From the NCBI GenBank assembly GCA_002269645.1, contig NIVC01000572.1, positions 186,001-250,000 of the forward strand: a stretch of 64,000 bases of DNA, written 5' to 3'. Under the pieces are notes generated by a model. That model ran no database searches and was not told the origin of the DNA. It saw only the letters and a list, made by a program, of their open reading frames with translations. The stretch is from Macrostomum lignano. Taxonomy: Eukaryota. Shown one piece after another: positions 52,101 through 64,000 of the stretch. Position 1 is the stretch's first letter. The number at the start of each line of letters is the position of its first letter. A program made the translations under genes and the position numbers.

Positions 52101-55100
52101 GCCACCACCTCACTCTGGATTGATTGGTCAGCAGCCACCACCTCACTCTGGATTGATTGGTCAGCCACCACCACCTCACTCTGGATTGATTGGTCAGCCG
52201 CCACCACCTCACTCTGGATTGATTGGTCAGCCACCACCACCTCACTCTGGATTGATTGGTCAGCCACCACCACCTCACTCTGGATTGATTGGTCAGCCAC
52301 CACCACCTCACTCTGGATTGATTGGTCAGCCACAACTACCTCACTCTGGATTGATTGGTCAGCCACCACCACCTCACTCTGGATTGATTGGTCAGCCACC
52401 ACTACCTCACTCTGGATTGATTGGTCAGCCACCACCACCTCACTCTGGATTGATTGGTCAGCCGCCACCACCTCACTCTGGATTGATTGGTCAGCCGCCA
52501 CCACCTCACTCTGGATTGATTGGTCAGCCGCCACCACCTCACTCTGGATTGATTGGTCAGCCGCCACCACCTCACTCTGGATTGATTGGTCAGCAGCCAC
52601 CACCTCACTCTGGATTGATTGGTCAGCCACCACCACCTCACTCTGGATTGATTGGTCAGCAGCCACCACCTCACTCTGGATTGATTGGTCAGCCACCACC
52701 ACCTCACTCTGGATTTATTAGTCAGCCGCCACCACCTCACTCTGGATTGATTGGTCAGCCACCACCACCTCACTCTGGATTGATTGGTCAGCCACCACCA
52801 CCTCACTCTGGATTGATTGGTCAGCCACCACCACCTCACTCTGGATTGATTGGTCAGCCACCACCACCTCACTCTGGATTGATTGGTCAGCCACAACTAC
52901 CTCACTCTGGATTGATTGGTCAGCCACCACCACCTCACTCTGGATTGATTGGTCAGCCACCACTACCTCACTCTGGATTGATTGGTCAGCCACCACCACC
53001 TCACTCTGGATTGATTGGTCAGCCGCCACCACCTCACTCTGGATTGATTGGTCAGCCGCCACCACCTAACTCTGGATTGATTGGTCAGCCGCCACCACCT
53101 CACTCTGGATTGATTGGTCAGCCGCCACCACCTCACTCTGGATTGATTGGTCAGCCACCACTACCTCACTCTGGATTGATTGGTCAGCAGCCACCACCTC
53201 ACTCTGGATTGATTGGTCAGCAGCCACCACCTCACTCTGGATTGATTGGTCAGCCGCCACCACCTCACTCTAGATTTATTGGTCAGCCGCCACCACCTCA
53301 CTCTGGATTGATTGGTCAGCCGCCACCACCTCACTCTGGATTGATTGGTCAGCCACCACCACCTCACTCTGGATTGATTGGTCAGCAGCCACCACCTCAC
53401 TCTGGATTGATTGGTCAGCCACCACCACCTCACTCTGGATTGATTGGTCAGCAGCCACCACCTCACTCTGGATTGATTGGTCAGCCACCACCACCTCACT
53501 CTGGATTGATTGGTCAGCCGCCACCACCTCACTCTGGATTGATTGGTCAGCCACCACTACCTCACTCTGGATTGATTGGTCAGCCACCACTACCTCACTC
53601 TGGATTGATTGGTCAGCCACCACCACCTCACTCTGGATTGATTGGTCAGCCGCCACCACCTCACTCTGGATTGATTGGTCAGCCACCACCACCTCACTCT
53701 GGATTGATTGGTCAGCCACCACCACCTCACTCTGGATTGATTGGTCAGCCGCCACCACCTCACTCTGGATTGATTGGTCAGCCACCACCACCTCACTCTG
53801 GATTTATTAGTCAGCCGCCACCACCTCACTCTGGATTGATTGGTCAGCCACCACCACCTCACTCTGGATTGATTGGTCAGCCGCCACCACCTCACTCTAG
53901 ATTGATTGGTCAGCCACCACCACCTAACTCTGGATTGATTGGTCAGCCACCACCACCTCACTCTGGATTGATTGGTCAGCCGCCACCACCTCACTCTGGA
54001 TTGATTGGTCAGCCGCCACCACCTCACTCTGGATTGATTGGTCAGCCACCACCACCTCACTCTGGATTGATTGGTCAGCCGCCACCACCTCACTCTGGAT
54101 TGATTGGTCAGCCACCACTACCTCACTCTGGATTGATTGGTCAGCCACCACCACCTTACTCTGGATTGATTGGTCAGCCACCACCACCTCACTCTGGATT
54201 GATTGGTCAGCCACCACCACCTCACTCTGGATTGATTGGTCAGCCGCCACCACCTCACTCTGGATTGATTGGTCAGCCGCCACCACCTCACTCTGGATTG
54301 ATTGGTCAGCCACCACTACCTCACTCTGGATTGATTGGTCAGCCGCCACCTCCTCACTCTGGATTGATTGGTCAGCCGCCACCACCTCACTCTGGATTGA
54401 TTGGTCAGCCGCCACCACCTCACTCTGGATTGATTGGTCAGCCGCCACCACCTCACTCTGGATTGATTGGTCAGCCACCACCACCTCACTCTGGATTGAT
54501 TGGTCAGCCACCACCAACTCACTCTGGATTGATTGGTCAGCCACCACCAACTCACTCTGGATTGATTTGTCAGCCACCACCACCTCACTCTGGATTGATT
54601 GGTCAGCCACCACCACCTCACTCTGGATTGATTGGTCAGCCACCACCACCTCACTCTGGATTGATTTGTCAGCCACCACCACCTCACTCTGGATTGATTG
54701 GTCAGCCGCCACCACCTCACTCTGGATTGATTGGTCAGCCACCACCAACTCACTCTGGATTGATTGGTCAGCCACCACCACCTCACTCTGGATTGATTGG
54801 TCAGCCACCACCACCTCACTCTGGATTGATTGGTCAGCCACCACCACCTCACTCTGGATTGATTTGTCAGCCACCACCACCTCACTCTGGATTGATTGGT
54901 CAGCCACCACCACCTCACTCTGGATTGATTGGTCAGCCACCACCACCTCACTCTGGATTGATTGGTCAGCCACCACCACCTCACTCTGGATTGATTGGTC
55001 AGCCGCCACCACCTCACTCTGGATTGATTGGTCAGCCACCACCACCTCACTCTGGGTTGATTGGTCAGCCACCACCACCTCACTCTGGATTGATTGGTCA

Positions 55101-58100
55101 GCCGCCACCACCTCACTCTGGGTTGATTGGTCAGCCACCACCACCTCACTCTGGATTGATTGGTCAGCCACCACCACCTCACTCTGGATTGATTGGTCAG
55201 CCGCCACCACCTCACTCTGGATTGATTGGTCAGCCGCCACCACCTCACTCTGGATTGATTGGTCAGCCACCACCACCTCACTCTGGATTGATTGTTCAGC
55301 CACCACCACCTCACTCTGGATTGATTTGTCAGCCACCACCACCTCACTCTGGATTGATTGTTCAGCCACCACCACCTCACTCTGGATTGATTGGTCAGCC
55401 ACCACCACCTCACTCTGGATTGATTGGTCAGCCGCCACCACCTCACTCTGGATTGATTGGTCAGCCGCCACCACCTCACTCTGGATTGATTGGTCAGCCA
55501 CCACCACCTCACTCTGGATTGATTGGTCAGCCACCACCACCTCACTCTGGATTGATTGGTCAGCCACCACCACCTCACTCTGGATTGATTGGTCAGCCAC
55601 CACCACCTCACTCTGGATTGATTGGTCAGCCACCACCACCTCACTCTGGATTGATTGGTCAGCCACCACCACCTCACTCTGGATTGATTGGTCAGCCACC
55701 ACCACCTCACTCTGGATTGATTGGTCAGCCGCCACCACCTCACTCTGGATTCGTAAATAAAGCCTGCATAATCTCTCACCTGAAACAACAGCATATAAAC
55801 AATTCTGACAGCCTGCAGTTTCCAATGGTACTCGGTGTTATTCGGTATCCTGTTAAACCGACACGGCTCAGACGTTGCGTTTGCTTGAGCCCAGCTCAGG
55901 GTGTAATTCTTGAAGCCCAAGTCACCCCCGTAAACAGGTCTGAAGACGCTGATAGCTAACGACTCTGATGTGAATGCCATCAGAGAACCCTGAAACGGGG
56001 ATGAGTGAATGAAGGCATAGCAAACTGCACGCATGTCTTTTTTAGTTGTCCAAGGTGGATTCACGAGTGTTATTCAAGCTGACGATATTATAAAATGCTT
56101 CCAGAACCCGGCAATAAAGCAAAGTTTCCGGCGAAATGCCGTTGTGACAAGGCAGCTGTACTTGGCGATTTTCCGGTATTAATAGTCTTTCTTTCCCAGG
56201 TTATTTGGACAACCTCAACCTACTACTGTGAATCAACCTCGACACAATTTTTTTATTAGAGGCAGGGGGGTTGTGTGCACCCTGGCGCACTTTAAGCGAC
56301 ATTGGCACACAACCGGCGAGAGGCATTACTGCCCCATTCCGCCGACTCCCCTGAGCAGGCATACAAGCGCGCGGATACGTACGCAGGCACACACTCACAC
56401 AGGAGTGTACAGCGGCCCTGACTTTATTTTATCGTTAGGCATGTACACTTCACTGCGCCTTGGGGGGTTGGCTCTCAAGGCCGTTAATTGCACGAGCAGA
56501 GCCAAGCCGAGATTCCAATTCAGCTCCAAATTAATGTGACTCCACTTGGAATCGAGCCTGGGCCGCTGGCACACCAGAGCCTGCGCTAGACCGCTGGGCT
56601 ACGGCCCCCTCTAACCTCGACACAAACTTTACGTTTAAATTGCCATCTCGCAGTTTAGTGTAAAAACATCGATTAACCAGTCTCTTTCTAACGCATATGA
56701 AAAGTCTTCTCAGGAACGTTGCAGGCACCCCGGTGAAACGTCTTCAAAGACATCGTCCCGCAACCAGCGGGACGATGCATGCCCGACATTGATTACTCTT
56801 CAAAACTCACATTAGAAATAACCGCCAGGTGAGCCACAAATTTCATCATTGAGAACCAAATCCCAATGCTCTGAGCTCGCTCCGGCAGAGGCCGTCGAGT
56901 GCCGATCACCAGCTTCCTGGCGTCAAGGCGGATCTCAACCAAATTGTTGATGAGGGCAAACAGTGGCGCCAACGGGAAGGCCGGCACAAACAAGGTGACA
57001 AAGCCGAACTGCATGATGAGCTCTAAGTAGTCCATGAACAGACCAGTGTCGTACGGAATCAGCATGTAGTCAGCGTCCCACGACTGGCTGGCGTTCGGCA
57101 GCTGGTTCGCTTGCAGGCCGGTTGAGCCGATGTGGAGGAATGTGAGCAGCTTTCTAGAAAGAAAATATTATAAAGTAATTGCGTCAGTATAGTGTGAGCT
57201 TCGAAGATTCAAGAGTTCAGGCTTAACAACTCAACTTCCCAATGCTAAACAATTGTTTCAGTTTCAGTTTTAGTTAGCGGCAGGGGGCTGTGTGCACCCT
57301 GGCGCACTATAAGCGACATTGTCGCACAAGCCGGCGAGAGGCATTATTACTGCTCATTCCGCCGACTCCCCTGAGCAGGCACACATGCGCGCGGATACTT
57401 ACGCAGTCATACGCACAGGCACACACTCACACAGGAGTGTACAGCGGCCCTAACTTTATTTATCGTTAGGCATGTACACTTGAATGAGCCCTGGGGGGTT
57501 GGTTGGCCCTCAGACCAACAGACCCAAGCCGAGATTCCAATTAAGCCCAAAATAAATGTGACTGCACTTGGAATCGAGCCTGAGCCGCTGGCATACAAGA
57601 CCGCCGCTCCAGACCACTGGGCTATGGAAAAACTTACGGGATCAACATTTCAATAATCTGCACGGCGACCTGCTTGCCAATCAGAATGATGGCCATCAGT
57701 TGGGTCAACTCGAACATGCAGCTGCCGTTGATGCAGTCAGCCAAGCGACTTCCGAACAGCTCATTGTATTTTCCTGGCTCTCCCACCACGCTGCAATTTA
57801 TGAATTTTATACTCACTCGCGAGTAAATTAGTGATTGAAAATCGAGTACAAGATCCAATTATAAGTGCAGTCACTCACTTTCCTTTAATGAAAGCAATGT
57901 ACGAAATTGACAAGTAGTGGTTGAATATTTCAAAGACGAAAACCTTGAATATTACTTGGTTCTCGAATTGAGTCTGCGTTCGATGCATCTCTGCAAAAGC
58001 GGTTAAAAGTGAATTTATCAGTGAATTGGCACTGCATGAGGCCCGAGGAGGCTGGCTGGCGGACCCACTCTGCTGACAATCTACAGAGGGTGCACAGCGG

Positions 58101-61100
58101 ACCCTGACTTTCAACATTGTCAGTTAGTGTACACACCCTGTGCCTTTGGCCTGCATCGCACAATCTCTAAAGTCCAATCTTTGTTAGAATCAGGAGCGTC
58201 AACCACCCTGACCTCCAAAACAAACATAAATCAGTAGCCTTTACCCCATTCAGTGATATTAAAAGCAATCTTTTCATAAATCAGCTCCAACGCCAGAACG
58301 ATGATCAAATTGACGCAAGCTGATGACGCGTTTGCCAGCGTGACGGCGCGAGAACGGACGAGTTCGTTATTAAACAGCGCATGCAGAATCGATGACCGCG
58401 TCATCAGCATTGCGATTAGGCTGGCTGTTGATAGTATCATCTGGAAGATTTGTTGTTGACAGATAATTGCAGATATGAAAGCAAATTTCAGACACCTTTG
58501 ATCTACCGCCACTCTGACTAGACTCTTTGATCTACCGCGTCCACCATTCTGTACTCTTTGATGCACCGCTGCACCCTGTTCTGACTCTTTGATCTACCGC
58601 CACTTTACATTCACTCTTTGATCTACCGCTGCACTCTGTATACAGACTCTTTGATCTACCGCTGCACTCTGTATACAGGCTCTTTGATCTACCGCTGCAC
58701 TCTGTATACAGACTCTTTGATCTACCGCTGCACTCTGTATACAGACTCTTTGATCTACCGCTGCACTCTGTATACAGACTCTTTGATCTACCGCTGCACT
58801 CTGTATACAGACTCTTTGATCTACCGCTGCAATCTGTATACAGGCTCTTTGATCTACCGCCACTGTATACAGGCTCTTTGATCTACCGCCACTGTATACA
58901 GACTCTTTGATCCACCGCCACTCTGTATACAGACTTTTTGATCTACCGCCACTCTGTATACAGAGTTTTTGATCTACCCCCTACTCTGCACTGTATTGAC
59001 TCATCAAAACCTGCAAATAAAGCCAGCTTACTCACCATTACCATCAGACTCAACACTCCAATCAGTATTCGGAGTCGCCTTTTAGAAGATGGAAAATGCG
59101 GCTCCATATTTCCCGTTATCGGATCCTCCTCGTACTCGGTGCATCTGGACGCGTACTCGGGCCTCGGCCGCTCCTCCATCTCAACGTAATCCAACACATC
59201 CCATTGGTAAGCCAGTCTGGCCGTTTTGCGTTTCCAGAATTTCAAGAATCCATACGCTTTACGGGTGAGGTTTGGCTAATGTAAAATTTAGTCTTCATTA
59301 TGACAGAAAAATAAAAAAGTTCTCTTTTTTGACTAAAAATTCCATTTGAAAAACAGCGGTAGCATAGTGAAAAATTAACATAATAATTTCACCTTAACTC
59401 AGTCGGGACCAGTCAAAACAGATCTCTATGTCTAATTAGAAAACTAACCCCCGATCAACCAATCCCTAATCAACCACTCCCCAATCAACCACTCCCTAAT
59501 CAACCACTCCCTAATCAACCACTCCCTAATCAACCACTCCCCAATCAACCACTCCCTAATCAACCACTCCCTAATCAACCACTCCCTAATCAACCACTCC
59601 CTAATCAACCACTCCCTAATCAACCACTCCCTAATCAACCACTCCCTAATCAACCACTCCCCAAACAAACCATCTCAAATCAACCCATTCCCAAACTTAC
59701 CCCAGACGGACACGAAAATGGCGTAGAAATGCGTTGCAACATTGTCGAATACGTAAGAAGCTCGAATGTACGTGCAAATGTCACTCAAGTACCAGTAGTT
59801 GCAGGCCTGTATATTCTCGCATAGAGGGCACATTTTGAAGTATTTTTTACTACCGCAAATTTCGTGTCTGAAAATCGAGTGGGCGGAGATAATTGATAAA
59901 GCTAGTAATTCACCATTCAATTAATCAGGTCACTAATCTACCGGCTACGTCACTTAATCTGCACTTTAATCAGGTCACTAATCTACCGGCTACGTCACTT
60001 AATCTGCACTTTAATCAGGTCACTAATCTACCGGCTACGTCACTTAATCTGCACTTTAATCAGGTCACTAATCTACCGGCTACGTCACTTAATCTGCACT
60101 TTAATCAGGTCACTAATCTACCGACCACGTCACTCAATCTGCAATCTAATCAGGGCACTAATCTACCGACCACGTCACTCAATCTGCAATCTAATCAGGG
60201 CACTAATCTACCGACCACGTCACTTAATCTGCACTTTAATCAGGTCACTAATCTACCGACCACGTCACTCAATCTGCAATCTAATCAGGGCACTAATCTA
60301 CCGGCCATGTCACTCAATCTGCAATCTAATCAATCAGGGCACTAATCTACCGACCACGTCACTCAATCTGCAATCTAATCAGGGCACTAATCTACCGGCC
60401 ATGTCACTCAATCTGGAATCTAATCAGGGCACTAATCTACCGGCCATGTCACTCAATCTGCAATCTAATCAGGGCACTAATCTACCGACCACGTCACTCA
60501 ATCTGCAATCTAATCAGGTCACTAATCTACCGGCCATTTCACTCAATCTACAATCTAATCAGGGCACTAATCTACCGGCCATGTCACTCAATCTGCAATC
60601 TAATCAGGGAACTAATCTACCAGCCACGTAGATTACAAACAGAATTGGAGAATTCTACAGACTCTACATTCGTGTGCGTACTCATAATTAAAAAAAAAAC
60701 TATTAAACTTCTGCTTACGCAACCGTGCTTTTGTTGATAGTGCCAATTCCATAGAGAAATGTAACCATTCCGACCAGAGTTGCAGGTACGAGCCACATTG
60801 TGTAGTAACCTATAATGCATATAAATATTTCAAATTAAATTTCCCATGAAAATCATCACTGCTAATCTTATGAAAGCTTTAAAGTGAGTAGAAACGATTT
60901 AAGAGAGAATTTAAATTACCGATAAAGGCAAAATAAAATGCAATTTTCTCGCCAAAATAGTCGCGAATGTGGTCGAGCGGTTGAAACTTGTACCAGAGCT
61001 TCCAGCGGGCCCAGTAATTGTGCAGTAGTTGACGCGCGTTCATCTGCTCGGGTCTCAGGCCTGCCGGGGTGCTTGACGAGCCCTGAATTATTGTCCACAG

Positions 61101-63730
61101 TTTTAAACGGTCCTTAGAATCGTCAGCTTTGAGATAGATGTAGAGGACTGTGTGTAGAATGCTATGCGGAAGATTTAGACAATCGATCCAGTCGACCCGC
61201 AGTTAGCAAGAGAGGCAAGCAGTCATTGCTCAATTACGTTGACCCCTGAGCACGCACAAGGATAAACAAGCAGACACGCTCTCGCAAAGGGTGTACCGCG
61301 GCTCTGACCTCCTCATCGTCGTCAGGCCCTGTACATGTACACACAGCGGTGTCTAGGGATTTGGGCCCTCATAGGCGCATTGAACCCGTGCTGGGTTACT
61401 GTGGCGCTAGAATAAGACGCTTTATAACCTCTGAGCTCAAAGTAAGGACAGTTTAAGTATTTTAGAATTTTTTACATAATTAAAGTATGTTTTACTGCCG
61501 GCCTATAGCTGCACTTACCTCATGCGGTGGATAGGCGCAGGAGTAGATACCTCTCCTGATCATGCTGTCCAGACCGACCTCGGACTGGTCTTTCTTACCG
61601 TAGATTTGTGTGCCCAGCAGCTCGAAAGCCACTTCGAAGCGTTGCGTCGGCCTAAAGTAGGTATCCTTGTTACTGATGCCGATGTACCTTAAGGTTAAAT
61701 TCGGAGTTGTTGGAGAGCGTACAGGGTGAAAATTTTCTAAGCGCAAACAGTATAATAATAGTCTCGAGGTGCTAATTTATTGTTATTAAAAACGACGACT
61801 GCGACTCACTTTGTAGCTTTATCAGCCGAGAACGCGCAAGTGTAGAATTGCTTCTGTTTGCTCATATTCTTTGCTTCCAACGGGCTGCTGAACAATTCGC
61901 TGGATCTCGAACGACTGAAAAATGACGAAGATCTTTCCGAGCCGTCGCGGTTTTCCACTTCCTAAACAGATCCAAAATGAAAAGTTAACGATAGTAAACA
62001 GAATGATGAATAAAAAGCGTTCGAATAGGAAGATTCTCACCTCCAGAGGCGCCCGAAAGCCAAGATATTCAGCGTAGTAGCACATTGTTGTCCAAGAGAC
62101 AAACAGTTTTACAAAATGGATCTTTTTCTTCGAACTGATACAGGTCTCCTACAATGTGTTATGTATTATAATGTATTATTAAATAATTACATCAAAGAAT
62201 CCTTTGAAACAGCGAATGTTCAAACAAACCCGTTCAATCTCGACGCCAACTTCGATAAGATTGTCTTCGAATTTCTTTCTATGCATCGCCGCTTTTTTTG
62301 AAAAATAATCTTCCGTGTCTCTCAAGTCTTCTTCCCAGACAAGGACGTAGTCTAAAGCAAAGTGGGCTAATATTTTTTTTCTTTGCGATTTGTTCATAAT
62401 TTGATTCATAATCATTTAAAGTGCAACCAAAAATATGCTCGTGAGGCGTGCGTACATAGGTACCGGTATTTGTTATGCTGAAACACAGTTTTACACGTGA
62501 ACTTACCGACTCTACGAATTCCGTCCCTGAAAAAGCAAGTCTTTATTGATTCTCTAGGTGGCGGTTCACTGTCATTTGTTGCTTCACTGACTGGCTTTGG
62601 GTTGGATGCAGCATTTGTTGGTTGCTTAGTAGGTACAGAGTTAGTTGGTTGCTGAGTGCGTGCAGAATTGGTTGGTTGCGGAACTAGCTTAGCCTGAGGT
62701 GACTGTCGAGTCGGAGAAAAGCTCGCTTGTTGCTGCGGCGATACGGCTTGAGGTGACTGTCGAGTCGGAGAAAAGATCGCTTGTTGCTGAGGCGATCCGG
62801 CTTGAGGTGACTGTCGAGTCGGAGAAAAGATCGCTTGTTGCTGAGGCGATACGGCTTGAGGTGACTGTCGAGTCGGAGAAAAGATTGCTTGTTGCTGCGG
62901 CGATACGGCTTGAGGTGACTGTCGAGTCGGAGAAAAGATCGCTTGTTGCTGGGGCGATCCGGCTTGAGGTGACTGTCGAGTCGGAGAAAAGATCGCTTGT
63001 TGCTGGGGCGATCCGGCTTGAGGTGACTGTTGAGTCGGAGAAAAGATCGCTTGTTGCTGCGGCGATCCGGTTTGAGATGATTTCTTGGTTGGCGTGAACT
63101 GACTTGGTTGCTGAGGTGAAGTAGTTTGTGGCGACTGTGGGGTCGAAGGAAACTTTTCTGGTAGCTGCGCTGATGTGACTTGTGGTTGTGGCGATGACTG
63201 AGTTGAAGTTGCAGTAGCCAGAGGCGGCTGCCGAGTCGAAGGGAATGTCGCGGGTTGCTTTGAAAATGTTGCTGGTGGTGCAGATTGCCGAGTGGGGGAG
63301 AGTTTACTCTGTTGCCAAGACAATTTCGCTGGCTGATATGGTGATACGGCTTGCGGCGATTTCTGAGTCGCAGGGTATTTTCTTGGTTGCTGTGGTGTCT
63401 TAGAGAACTGAGAGAACTGCTGCTGTTGACCGATCGGGGCTTGCTGCTTAGGCGAGGCGTTCTTTGAAGGCTGCTTGGCTGAGCCGACCTTTCCTGGCTG
63501 CAAAGTTTGGGTCAATGAGACTTTTGCATATTTCAATGTAGAATGGAAAGTCTATTGAGTATTGTCATGATCGACATGCAATTTCAATTTAAATCGAATT
63601 TGAATCGATTCTAATTAGTAGAGTGGCAGCAGTGGTGGCAGCACTAAAAGGTGGCAGCAGGTGGCAGCAGGTGGCAGCAATAAAAACAACTTACCGACGC
63701 ATTTCTGTCAGCGTTCGTCCCCTTTCGCAT
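49138..63730 (-). CDS. Anoctamin / TMEM16 family protein (Ca2+-activated channel or scramblase), 16 exons, about 1131 aa
   Basis: Phase-consistent GT-AG exons on the minus strand: 63730-63695, 63497-62507, 62351-62230, 62148-62041, 61961-61810, 61687-61519, 61082-60920, 60809-60719, 59867-59701, 59256-59036, 58440-58245, 57990-57879, 57790-57638, 57153-56811, 55989-55780, 49299-49138 (3396 nt). Motifs FRDGIRRVDYVLV, AYPPHE, QPLDHIRDYFGEKIAFYF, CPLC, FWKRK, YLELIMQFGFVTLFVPAFPLAPLFALINNLVEIRLDARK, WFIPNIP. The 12-codon first exon is the least certain. Confidence 0.92.
49385..55750. repeat. 33-bp minisatellite, about 193 copies, filling the last anoctamin intron
   Basis: Unit GGTCAGCCACCACCACCTCACTCTGGATTGATT; lies between anoctamin exons at 55780 and 49299. 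Confidence 0.98.
56248..56612 (-). mobile_element. tRNA-derived SINE with 13-bp TSD in an anoctamin intron
   Basis: Minus-strand head GGGGCCGTAGCCCAGCGGTCTAGCGC..GGCTCGATTCC (A box and B-box-like), A-rich tail; AACCTCGACACAA at 56235-56247 and 56613-56625. Confidence 0.85.
57262..57626 (-). mobile_element. Second copy of the same tRNA-derived SINE
   Basis: Colinear with 56258-56609 (GGCAGGGGG..TGTGTGCACCCTGGCGCAC..GGAATCGAGCCTG..CTGGGCTA); TSD not identified. Confidence 0.8.
58495..58985. repeat. About 33-bp intronic minisatellite
   Basis: Unit CTCTTTGATCTACCGCTGCACTCTGTATACAGA, anoctamin intron 10. Confidence 0.92.
59452..59672. repeat. 15-bp intronic minisatellite, about 14 copies
   Basis: Unit CAACCACTCCCTAAT, anoctamin intron 9. 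Confidence 0.93.
59921..60628. repeat. 45-bp intronic minisatellite, about 15 copies
   Basis: Unit TAATCAGGTCACTAATCTACCGGCTACGTCACTTAATCTGCACTT, anoctamin intron 8. Confidence 0.93.
62695..63110 (-). repeat. 54-bp coding repeat (about 7 x 18 aa) in the anoctamin N-terminus
   Basis: SPTRQSPQA(V/G)SPQQQAIF repeats inside exon 2. Confidence 0.88.
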
Positions 63731-64000
63731 TTAGATTTGAAACAGTTTAGAAATAATATATTATGAAAATGGTCAGCAAATCTTGCATACCACCAGCGAC
63801 GCTGAGTTCATAACTCAATGCATTCGGTTTGTTTTCTCAGTTGACAAAATTATTATTTTTAATTCATGTTTCCTTCATGTCGATATTTTTGAGCAGCTGA
63901 TATTTTTGTCTATGGACATTAGTGATCCGCAAGAAGTCACTTACCAATCTACCTTAAAAGTTGGCTTAAAATACACTTAGAAATACCTTAAAGTTTCCCT

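Noticed and set aside
56545-56612. tRNA gene
   Set aside because: A and B boxes are present, but no cloverleaf is evident and it is followed by a SINE body and tail bounded by a TSD.
63498-63536. ORF-track start for the anoctamin N-terminus (MKYAKV..)
   Set aside because: The codon is TTG. A phase-0 acceptor at 63497 and a 12-codon ATG exon at 63730-63695 explain it better.
44267-63730. Functional coupling of a cation nAChR and a Ca2+-activated anoctamin inferred from adjacency
   Set aside because: Tail-to-tail neighbourhood alone is not evidence in a eukaryote.

Overview
Eukaryotic (invertebrate-type) genomic DNA with spliceosomal introns; by rough hand tally about 40-45% of the window is tandem repeat (more than 30 distinct mini/microsatellite arrays). 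The style resembles a Macrostomum-type flatworm, but that attribution is inference only. Three intron-containing host genes could be reconstructed by hand with phase-consistent GT-AG junctions: an LRR-Ig-transmembrane protein (+, 15254-17415), a divergent non-alpha nicotinic-type Cys-loop channel (+, 44267-46623, 3 exons, 430 aa) and an anoctamin/TMEM16 (-, 63730-49138, 16 exons, about 1131 aa) whose last intron holds a 6.4-kb 33-bp array. Mobile DNA includes a decayed PHD-FLYWCH-MULE transposase (1-960), tRNA-derived SINEs, several MITEs and a promoter/LTR-like island. The most unusual structure (about 34663-39626) is a Foldback-like element: its long inverted arms consist of a unique terminus plus tandem 177-bp units, and its whole central loop is a 5'-truncated RTE-type retrotransposon. 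A 2.1-kb block almost devoid of CpG lies at 42181-44300. Nearly all long ORFs in the supplied track are artefacts of tandem repeats. No CRISPR array, rRNA or true tRNA gene was seen.
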